A stretch of DNA of 50,598 bases from assembly GCA_000388065.2 (NCBI GenBank), contig KB932204.1. One strand, 5' to 3'. The stretch comes from Fonticula alba ATCC 38817. Lineage: Eukaryota > Protista > Nucleariida. The position numbers were made by a program, and so were the translations under genes. Below are positions 11,601 to 22,104 of this stretch, piece after piece. The notes below the pieces were generated by a model. It saw nothing but the letters and a program-made list of their open reading frames with translations, was not told the DNA's origin and made no database searches. Every line of letters begins with the position of its first letter. Within the stretch, counting starts at the first letter, position 1.

Positions 11601-14190
11601 ATGGCCATCCTGGCGTTTCTTTTTGGACTGCTGATCGGCCTCGCTGCCTTGCCGGCCGGCCTGGCCTTGCTGGTGCAGCGGTCCTACTCGGAGAAGGAGA
11701 ACCGACGCCATCTGCGTGCGGAGCGCCGGCGCCGGCGGGCGGTGGTTGAGTCACGTCGAGCACGGCTCCTGGCCCGTGCGGCAACTTCGCCCGAGGCGTT
11801 GGCCGCCGCGGCCGACGGCAGCCCTTACTTGCTGGATCTGGCACTGGACCCGGAGGCCGACCAGGCGGCCGGGGCCCAGGCGGACCTGGGCAACCTGGAC
11901 GTCGACTCGGACATCGAGGATGGACCGGGTCCCGGTGCACGGAGCCTGCTTGGCCGGCCGGCCGGCGGCCCGGCCGAAGCACTTGACGACATGTTCGCCG
12001 ACTATGTGGATCTCGATGAGATCGCCCCGCTGGGCGACCCGCGGGAGCTCATGCGCCGACAGGTTCGCTCGCAGCGCCTGACCGAATGGCCAACCGGGGC
12101 CCGGGAGTCCATCATCGCCATGCTCCCGGCCCCCGGCGGGTACGATTACACGGAGGCCGACTTTGCCCTGCACCCGGGCGCCCCGCTGCCGAAGGGGGCC
12201 GAGCCATGCCGCTGGCTGAATGTGGCCCTGGCGCGGTTGTTCTTCTCCATGCGCACGTCGCCGCTGCTGAAGAACAAGATTCGCCGCAAGTTCGAGGAGA
12301 AGGTCCTGCCGAAGCTGGTGAACCAGTCGATCATTGTACGTCCGCCCCTTGCCGTGGATCGCGCCGGCTTGCTTTTGCCCCCCCCCCTTTGCCTCCCTCC
12401 GCCGGGCCCCATGGCCGCGGATGGCTCCCTTCTTCTTTTTTCTTTTTTCCTCGGCCCCCTCCCGCCGGCCACTCACATCTCGGTCCCCGCCCCGGCGGGG
12501 CATGTGCCCTGGGCCAGAAATCGGTCGAACTGTCACACCTCTTCCTCGGTGACACACCGCCGACGGTCCTCTGGGCGCGCATCCTTCCGTACAGCCCCTC
12601 GGCCAAGCACAACCACCAGGTTGTCCCGGTGGAGGTGGACCTGGCTCTGTGCTATGCCGGCGGGCCCGTTGGCGGCCAGGCGTCCAGCATCGGCGGGACC
12701 CTGGTGGTCGAGGCGTCGGTCGGCGGGGTGAGTCTCACGGCCCCGGTGTCGGTGTCCCTGCGCCGGCTGGAGGGCATCCTCCGGCTGCGCCTGCCGCACC
12801 CGGAGAACCTGTCCGAAATGGACATTGCCTTTGTCCGGCCGCCGGTTCTCGATTTGCAAGTGTCCTCGAATTTGATCCTCTTCCGGTCGCAGGTGGACCG
12901 CTTCCTGGCCAAGAAACTGGCATCCATCCTGCGCGAGCTGCTGGCCCTGCCCCAGCGCCGGCCGGTGGACCTTCCCCTGGTATCCTTCCCCTCGAAGCAT
13001 CCCCTGTGCGAGTGCGACCTGCCGGCTTTGGTGGCCGAGGCCCTGCTCAATCCCCTGTCCGGGTACCTGCTGGGACAGGGCAGTGCCGGTGGCAGTGCCG
13101 GGCATGGCGGCCTGTCCGGGGGCCTTTCGGGGGCGGCCGGCGCCGGGGGCCGGGCCGACGCGCGCATGCACCATCCGCTTCCGGGCCGGCGGTTCCGCTC
13201 GGACCCGCATGCGCGTGAAACCCAGCTCCGCATTCGCTTCCCCCTGGGCTTCCAACTGGCTGCCATGCCGGCCGCGCCGGCTCCCCTGACCGGGGCCGAC
13301 TTTTCGGTGTTGGCGGATTTGGTTTCCTCCCTGGCTTATGCCACCCTGGAGGTGCTTCACTCGCCCTCGAGCTCCACCAGCCTGGGATCTCTGCGGCTTC
13401 GGGCCCTGGCCGGTGATGATGGCGAGGCGACGCCCCTCGGGGCCGGGACCATGGCCGGTGGCGGCCCCTCTGCCGGGGGTCCGGCCACTGCTGGCATGCC
13501 GAGCCCCGGAGGGTCGTCTCATCCCGCCGACACCGGGTCATCCAGTGCGGCCTCCTCGACCACCGGATCGCCCTCCATCCATGGGGGGACCGGTGTCAGC
13601 GGCTCGACAGGGCCCGGGCCCGTGGCGGCCGGGTCCGGCGCCGCGGCCACCCTCGGCCAGGGCCCCGCACCGTCGGCGGCCGCCCGCACAGCTGCCATTG
13701 CCTGGACCAGCATCAGCGAGAAGCATGGCGCGGCGGTCTTCGAGAAGCGCAAGCCCCAGAAACCCGGCGAGCCCAGTCTCTATCGGATTCGGGCGCGAGT
13801 GGCCTGCTCTCCGGCGGCCATGGAGCGTGTTCTCCGGCAGAATGACTCCATGCACATCGCCAGCCTGGAGGCCTCCTTCCGCCAGGCGCCGGTCTTGCGC
13901 ACGGTCCTCCCCGGGGCCGGGCTTTCGGACGCCGCGGCCGGCTTCCTCCGGCGCGTGGAAGACCTGGGCGTGGAGCGGGTGAGCCTGCGGGAGTTGCACT
14001 TTGGGTCCATTCGCCGGCGCACGGCCGGCGGGGCTGGCAACTCGTCTTCCGGCTCGTCCGGCTCCGAGGCCAAGTCCGAGTCCAAGTCCCATTCGGCCGG
14101 GGCCATGCTCTCGCCCCTGACACCGGCCACCGGGACACTGGGCTCGAGCGCCGGGACCGGTGCCGGGACCGGCACAGACACCCCGCCGTC

Positions 14191-14222
<32 letters not shown>

Positions 14223-14803
14223 ACCAAGAGCAGCCGCTGAATGTCTGGCAGGTGCTCGAGGTCCATGGCACGGACCCGGCCAGTGGGTCCTTCTTCTCTA
14301 CCATGCGCTCGGTCACCTTTGCCCCGAGCCAGGGGACCGCGGCCGAGGCCCCTTCCGGTGGCTTGGCCGGCGGCATGGCCGAGGATGGCGAACCCGGGCC
14401 CGGTGGCTTCATCACCGGTGACTCGGGTGCCAGCCTCACGCGCGATTCGTCCAGCCTGGCGTCGGCGGCCACGCACTTTGCCGAAGACATCGCCTCGTCG
14501 GCATCCTCGGTGGTGGCTTCGGTCATGGGCCAGGCGGGATCCACCTCCGGGGGGTTGCTCTCCTCGTCGGCCTCGTCAGTCACCCAGGCCCTGAAGCACG
14601 CCCAGACCACTCGCCGGCCACTGGTGTACCTGTGCTCCTTCTTCATCAGCCCGGTTCCTGGTCACCCAGACGTGGCCGAGTTCACCTGGGTATCGCAACT
14701 CGGTTCGTGACAGGGGGGCAATCTGGGCTCGCCCTCCAGGCATCTACTTTGCCCTTTCCCTTTTGCCCTCCTGGCTGACATGCGTCCCTCTCCCTTTCTC
14801 CCT

Positions 14804-14834
<31 letters not shown>

Positions 14835-17057
14835 CACCTGCACCGCACACAGAGGGTGAGACGCGCGCGCTGCTTCACCCGAATCTCGCGCGCGTGGAGC
14901 GCCTGAAAACCCTCTTCGAGCGGCTTGGTTCCCCCCTGTGCGTGCTTCCTTGCTCCCATCCCCCCTTTCGGCCTATTCCCAGGTGCTTGGTCTAACCCCA
15001 TCCTCCACCGGCCCCCTTTTGGTTTCCTTCCCTTTCTCCTGCCGGCGCATAGGGTCCTTTATCCCTCGCCCTCCATCCAGAGCGGGCCCCTGCTGCTGCC
15101 GATCGAGGAGGTGTCCGTTTTGCTTCCGACACTCTCGCACTCGGGCACCGGCCTGCCGGTCCTGTCGCGGTCGGCGGCCGCCACGCCGGCCGGCCTTCGT
15201 GAAGACGGCGACACACAGGGCGATGGGGATGGACGTGGGCGTTCCCGGTCGCCGGCCGATGTCGGGCTCCTGCGGTCTGGCCGGCCGATCTCCGCGTCCA
15301 TCAGCAGCTCCATTTCTCTGGACCACCTGGCCGACCTGAGTGGGCCTCCCTCGCCCTTGGAAGCGCCGGGCTCGGCGCCGGCCGCCACTCATAGCCGGCT
15401 TTCCTCCCCGGCGGCGCCCTTCGGCGGGCATGGGGAATTCCTGACGGTGCCCGGTGCTGGGCCCCCCTCTGCCGGGACCGGGACCATGTCCACCAGCCAG
15501 TCGTATGACGATTTCCGCCAATTGCATCAGCAGCTGACCGGGTCCTCGGTCGGGGGCGATGCCACCGCCAGCGGCGCTGCGACAGGCAGCCCCGCCCGTT
15601 CGGCGGACACCGAGGCCGCCTCTGCTCGGTCGCTGGTCATGACCCCGGCAGCGCACGCGGCCCTGGTACGGCGGGCCCTCATGTCGCCATATATCCTCCG
15701 GCGGCCGTGGCGCATTGTCGACAAGACCACCATTCGCCAGCTGTCGGACACGCTGCTGCGCACGGCCCTGGCCTGCGAGGCGGCCTTTTCCCTGCCGCTG
15801 GTGAGCGATCCCTTTGACTCGGGGCTGCTGCCAACGTCCGGCTCTTCCGGCGAGGGCGCCGCCTCCGGCAAGGTCCGAAAGCTGCTCTTCCATCCACCGC
15901 TCATGGTGGCCTATGTGGATGTGGCCGAGCCGCCGGATGTGGTGTTCCGCACCTTGACCATGCCCTCGGCCCGGCGGGTGGTCCAGCCCGGCCTGCAGTC
16001 CATCAACACGCTGGCTCTGCTCAGTTTGAAGGGCACGTCGCCCTCGGGAGCCGGGTCTCCGCCGGGGGGGTCGTCGCCCGGGCCGCTGTCCCCGCGCGAG
16101 GGGCCGGCTGACGGATCGGCCGATGCCATGGACCATCTGTCGGTTTTCAGCTCCCACCGGACCATGGCCGTGCGGAGCTACAGCTACAAAGGCGAATGGC
16201 GCCTGCCCAAACGCGAGGCCTTCCTGCTGGATGTGTGCCAGCCGATTGCCGGGGTCCGGCCGGGGGCGACGGTCGCCACCACCGCGGCCGCCACCGCCGC
16301 GGCCCCGGCTGCTGGGGGTGGCGGCGGTGTGGCCGCCGCCCCGGCGGCCGGCTCCGCGCATGCCACCTCGGCAGCCGGGCCGGCGGCCACCCCCGGGAGT
16401 TACATCGCCGCGCAAATGTCCATCCTGCCGGATGGGTTCTCGGCCGGGGCCTACTTCGGCAAGGACAGCCAAATGCTGCTGAATGTGCCCCTTTCGGCGT
16501 TCATTGCGCGGTCTCCCTCGCCGGCCACCCTGGCGGCGGTGTCCCTGCCAGCGGATGACCATGCATCGGAGGCAGGCTCGGCCGCCGGGGCAGCCGGCTC
16601 GGCATCCTCGTCTGCCGGTGGGGGTGGCACCTCGGCCGGCGCGGCTGGCGCCACGTCAAGCTCGGCCACGCCGGCCGTCGGGTCGACCGGGGCTGCCACC
16701 CCCTCGCCGGCTCTGGGCGGCGCGAGCCCGGCCGTCTTGGGCCAGGCATCGCCCTCGGTGGGGTCGGTGGCCATTGGCTCCGGCTCCGCCGGCATGCCGT
16801 CCAACTCGAGTGGCGGATCTATGCAGGCCGGATCCACCGTTCAGGGGTCCGGCGTGGCGGGACCCGACGTGTCGGACGGCCAGGCATGCGACGCAAGCCG
16901 GCGCCACGCCCTGGCGGCCCAAGTGACACGTCTCTTCTTTGTGGCCATCGTCAACCCGGTGCAGGACCCGGCCCAATTGTCGCTCTTGTCGTTGCATGCG
17001 TCCGACCTGCCGAAGCATGTGGGCGAGCTGGTGGCATCCTCCTCCACCGCTACCACC

Positions 17058-17089
<32 letters not shown>

Positions 17090-19453
17090 GGCCGGGGGGC
17101 TCTCCAGTTCGAGCCCCATCTCGGTGCCGGGCTCCGGAGTCACGGCCAGCGGGACCATCACGCCGTCGGCCGGGGTGTCGGCCGCGTCGCCGTCCGGGTC
17201 CTTGAGCACGGGCGCCGGTGGGTCTGGCGCTGGCGCCGGCACCAGCACGGCGCCCGTGGCCCCGGCCGTCGGCCGCGTGGACTCGTCACTGGTGGCCCGG
17301 GTGTCCAACTCCTGGATCCGACAGTTGGAGATGACGGCCTTGCAGGCGCGCCGGCTGCGGCCGATGACCTCGCGCTTGGCCGGGCAGCTGGACCAGCTGG
17401 CCGTGGCCGAGAGCTCCCGCGCGCATGATGGTTCGGTCATCAAGTCGCCGAAGCCGATCGAGGTGTCGAAGTTTTCGTCGGACATGTCGGCCGAGCCGAC
17501 ACGCCGATTGCTGGGCATGGCCCCGGGCGGTGGGCCCGGTGTCCCGGGGCTCGGGGGCGATGCGCTGCTTTCCGGCGGCGATCGTCCGGCCGGGGGGCTG
17601 CTGCGTGCTCCGGAAGACCGGACCCGTGGGCGATCCCCTTCGCGAGGCCGGTCCCCGGGTCCATCCGGGGTGGCGGTGAGCTCGCCGCCGGCCCCGGCCC
17701 TCGGGTCCGGCATGGAGGCATGTAGCTCCATCGACTTTTCCGAGGCCCTCAGCTCGGATGACATTTCCAAGGTGACCATTCGCAATGGGTCGGCTTTCCA
17801 GGCGGTTCTGCCGGTGACGCTGGACCTCCCGGCCCCTGGCGGCTGTGCCTCGGCGGCGCAGCTTCCCCTGGACCATGCGTCCAGTGTGCAGCTCCTGCTG
17901 GACTGGACCCCGGCACGCGATGGCACCCCCCCGGCCGACCTGCCACCCGGGTCAGGGGATGTCCTGCTGGCCGCACGACCGGCCCTCGAGGCGGCCCGGT
18001 GCCTGATGACCAGCGAGGCAGGCGCCGGTACTGGGGCCGGCGCCGGTGCCGGCGGCGAGGCCGCCCGGCCGACCACCATGACCACCCCCCCGGCGACCAG
18101 CCCCTATCCCGAGTCGAATCCGCGCTTCCAGCTGCGCTTCAACTTCACCCAGGGCTCGGCGTCGAGTCATGAAATCCAATTCGCCGTGTACTTCGTGCCG
18201 GCTTCCACCACCAGCAGCATCTTCGATCGGGGGGTCTTGCCGGTCCAGTGTGATAGCTGCTTGGAATTCTCGCCCCCCCTGTCGAGCTTGCCGCTGGCCC
18301 CGGGGGTCGGGTCCATGGCCACGACCCCGGCCCAGGACCGGGCACATTGCCGGACGTGTGCCCACCTGTCGGAGTTGATTGCCGCCCGCTCGCGCTTGGC
18401 CACGGCCGAATCCACCTTCCTGACAACCGGGCCCTTTGACTGGTCATCACGCTGCCCGCCCTTGCATGCGGCCTTCTTGAATTTGCAGCGCATCGAGCAG
18501 CTCCTGCCGGCGGCCCTGTGGCCCACGTTGCCGGCGGCCCTCCGGCCGACCACTCCTTCGTACTTGTCGCCGGCCACGGCCGGAGCCGAGCCGGGGCTCC
18601 TGGCAGACTTGTCGGCCGGGCCCCCGACGACCCTCAGCACGAGCGGCGGCACCATTTCCAAGTCTCGATCGCTGACCCGGCGCCTGTTGCAATCGTCCCA
18701 CCACCGGTCCAGCTCGGCTAGCACATCGGCCTCTTCCTCTTCTTCCAGCCTGGCCAGCAGCTCCAGCAGCCTGGCCTCGAGCTTGCGCCTGGGCCGGCGG
18801 TCTCGGCGTAATGGGGCCGATGCGGATTCGCAGCAATCGTCCCTTTCGGCGGCCACCACCCCGGCCGAGGAAGATGGCTCCGGGTCGGAAACGCCGGCCA
18901 GTGGTGATGAGTGTCCCGGGGTTCTCCCTCCGCCGGGGCATTCGTCCTCCTCCTCGCTGCGCCTGGTGTCGGATCTGTCCATGCCGCTGGCCTCCGACCT
19001 GTCAGAGGTGTCCTCGCCGGATGGCGCGGCGGCCACCATAGCCGGGGGGTGGCATTCCGGCGACCCGGGAACCTGGCTGGCTGGGTCAGTTCTCCGACAA
19101 TCCGGCGACTTGCAGCGCCTCCGGGCGCCTGGGGCCTTGGCGGCGGATGCCATTCCGTCGGCCATGTCCGGCACCACGGTTCCCATGGTCCCGGGGCACT
19201 GGCAATTGGTGGTCCCCTGGCAGACATGCCCCTCGGTTGGTGTGCCGATCTCCGGGCAGGTGGATTTGCCGATCGATCTGCACAATGCCAGCTCCCCGGC
19301 CTCGGGGACCATGCTCGGGCAGGTGGTCCTTGTGTGGGACAATTCGCATGCGCGGCTGACGGAAAAGAGCGTCAGCTTCTCGGCCAGCGTGGTGCGGTTC
19401 TTCGGCGAGCGGCCATGCATGGGCCCGGGCTCGGCCGAGCCTCCGGCCGTGCC

Positions 19454-19487
<34 letters not shown>

Positions 19488-20807
19488 GCCTCGGCAGCAG
19501 TGGCCTATCGAACGGTGCCACGCTCGGTGCTGGCTCGTACCCGGCCAGGGCCTTTGTCCCTCCCCCCGCGGCAGTACTTCTCCGGCGCCCTGGTCATCGG
19601 CCGGCGAGACCAATGCTCCGTGTCTCTGCCGGTGGTTCTCAGCTTGCCGGGGCTCCTCGGGCCGGAGGGCTTCGGCAGCCGGTGGCACCTGCGCCGGCAC
19701 CGAGTGGCCTGGGAATTCCGCTCCGATGGGGACATCGCCTTTTCGGTGGACTTCCTGCCGCGGGCGTGCGTGTCCGGTCGGGCGACCATCGCCGGGTCGG
19801 ATGGCCGTGCCTCGGGACCCCCTTCGCCAGATGCTTCGGGGGTCGGGGACATGGCGGATGCCTCGGCCACCGTGACCCAGTCGGTGCACTTGCCCCTGGG
19901 CCTAACTCGAACCGGGCTACATATGGCCGGTGTGCCGGTGTCGCTGCCCGATGCCGGGATCGAAGGCGCCCATCGGGGCGATGTGGCCACGGCCGCTGCT
20001 GCAGCCGGCACAATGGCCGCCGGGCCGCCGAGTGCCGCGGGCACTGGCGCCACCACCACCACCACCACCGGTCCGGCCACGAGCCCGGTCTCGGGCGGGG
20101 CATCCTCTCCGGCCAGTGTGTTTGAGGTTCCTGCTGGTGTCCCGGTCCCGGAGGCGCTCCTGCGCCATGCCTCGGAGCTGGTGGCCCACGGACGCCAGGG
20201 ATTCTTCACGGCCGGGGACCTGGCCCGGCCGGTGGCCACCGCCAACATGACCACCACTGCGCCCACCATGCCCAGCACCGGGGGTGTATATCATGCAGGC
20301 GATCTGCCGCCGCACTCCACCTCCGAGGGGGGCAGTGGCTCGGGCTCGAGCTCGGGCTCGGGTCCCGGCGCCACGGCGGCCACTACCACCACCACCACCA
20401 CCACCACCACCCCTGTCCCTGGCACCACGCCCAGCTGCCCGGTTGGACCGCACCCGTTGGCCCCCTGCCCGTTGACACTGCCGGTGGCTTTGACCCGGCA
20501 ATCCCTGCCGCCGATGAGTCTCAGCCGGGAAAGCCGCATCGCCACCTCGGATGGGACAATCTCCGGCAGCTACGACCTAGATCTGTCGCAATTGCTGCTG
20601 GTTGGCCCGCCGGCGGCGCTGGTTACCTCGGCGTCGCGCGGTGCCGGCATCCCGGCCCCGGTGTCGCCGGTGTGGTTTGCCGATCAGGACGTCTTCCTCG
20701 GGCGGGTGGTGCTCACTTGGAACAACCAGAGTGGGCGCGTGTTCTCGCGGAAGATCACGTACCACGTCTCGTGCCAGACATTGATCGACTCGTCGCGTGA
20801 TGTGTGA
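11601..20807 (+). CDS. Giant lipid-transfer / membrane-contact protein: N-terminal TM, SMP, START, START, GOLD, GOLD (~2,919 aa)
   Basis: Exons 11601-12335, 12518-14702, 14853-14937 and 15053-20807 join in frame (8,760 nt) with GT-AG sites. Hydrophobic N-terminus MAILAFLFGLLIGLAALPAGLALLV. SMP hallmark AEPCRWLNVALARLF...KSVELSHLFLGDTPPTV...LRRLEGILRLRL...MDIAFVRPPVLDLQV. Two START-like and two GOLD-like motif sets (see findings). Confidence 0.85.
14195..14221 (+). repeat. (CAG)8CAA poly-Gln tract in the lipid-transfer protein
   Basis: Encodes Q9. Confidence 0.9.
19455..19484 (+). repeat. (CAG)10 poly-Gln tract between the two GOLD domains
   Basis: Encodes Q10. Confidence 0.9.
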
Positions 20808-21519
20808 TTGATGGACCGCGCGATCCGTTGGCTGCTCCGTCATCTCGCTCGCCCTCTCCGGTGGGGGGCAGGCCGCGGCGGCGGGAGGCGGGCGGGGGGG
20901 GGGGGGGGGGAGAGAAGCGGCTGGGACCCGGGCGCGGGCCCCTCGGCGTGCGGGCGGCCGAGGTCGCCACGGCGGAGGGGCCGCGGAGAGGGTGACCGGA
21001 ATGGGCCAAGTGCAGCAGTCCGATGGCTGGCGGCGAGGGACCGCAGCGCACCCGCTGCACCCGGGGGGGGCGAGGGCGGCGGGGCGCGGTGAGCCACACC
21101 CCCCGAAGGGCTGCAGAGCGCTCGGAATGAAGCCGGAGAAAAAAGGGCCCCTCCCGCAGGCTGCCATCCGGCCGCAGGGGGACCCGCCCGAGGCGCCTCG
21201 GAGGGTGCCGGCCGCCACCCTCTGGCGTGCCGGTGAACGGGCCGGGGAGGGGCNNNNNNNNNNGGGGGGGGGTGTCCAGACGCGGGTGCGACCCGAGCGC
21301 GGGCCCCTCCCCGTGCGAGTATGTGCCATCATGGCGGCTGGGCATCCTCCGCGACTTGGTATGCCCGGGCGGGCCCGTGTGTTTGGCCAACCGGGAATCA
21401 TCCGCACACAATGGCCCCGTATCACTTTGGGTGCCCTGTCTCCTTGGCTGCTTTGGCACCTACTTTTTGCTCCCCCTGCGCCTGCGCGTACTGCCCCCCC
21501 CCCCCCCCCTTGTAGGCCC

Positions 21520-21551
<32 letters not shown>

Positions 21552-22104
21552 GTACTGTGCATTCACCCTGCACACAGACATCTCTAATACACACATGCAT
21601 ACATTTTTCCCACTCAACACACTGTCCTGTCCTCCACCATCACGAGCACCCCGGCAAACGCACGCCCGAGGCCGTCCTGCGGCCCGAAGGAGCCAGGCAG
21701 TTGCCGTCTGGTGTCTAGGCCTGAGCGGCGTTTAGGGAGAAGATGGCGCCGGGCAACCTCACACCCGGGGGACGGGGTCGGAACCGCCGGGCGGAGGCCA
21801 AGCTGATCGGGCATTACGGCTACTTTCCGGACCAGCGCACACCGCCAAGACTTGGCCAGGGCCGGCCCGACCGAGGGGGCTTTTTTCTGAGGCCCATGCC
21901 GCTGGGGGAGGGCGTTCGGCCGCCCGAGCGCAAACACCTCCCCTCCCCCCCCCCCTCCCACTGCCTCTGCTAGAGTTCCTTTTGCTCGGGGTCCCGCTCT
22001 CTCCCGCGTCCTGCTCGGGTGTCATTCCTCTGGTCTTTTTCTTCACCCCCCCCCCCTCACACACACACACACACACACACACACCCCTTCTCTCTGGTCC
22101 CGGC

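Noticed and set aside
14973-20501. Long antisense and alternate-frame ORFs over the lipid-transfer gene (also over TRAPPC9 and ARHGAP39)
   Set aside because: Shadow ORFs from high GC3 with no recognisable motifs.
21743-21973. 76-aa ORF (MAPGNLTPGG...) upstream of TRAPPC9
   Set aside because: No recognisable motif and no convincing splice link to TRAPPC9. Cannot be supported without expression data.
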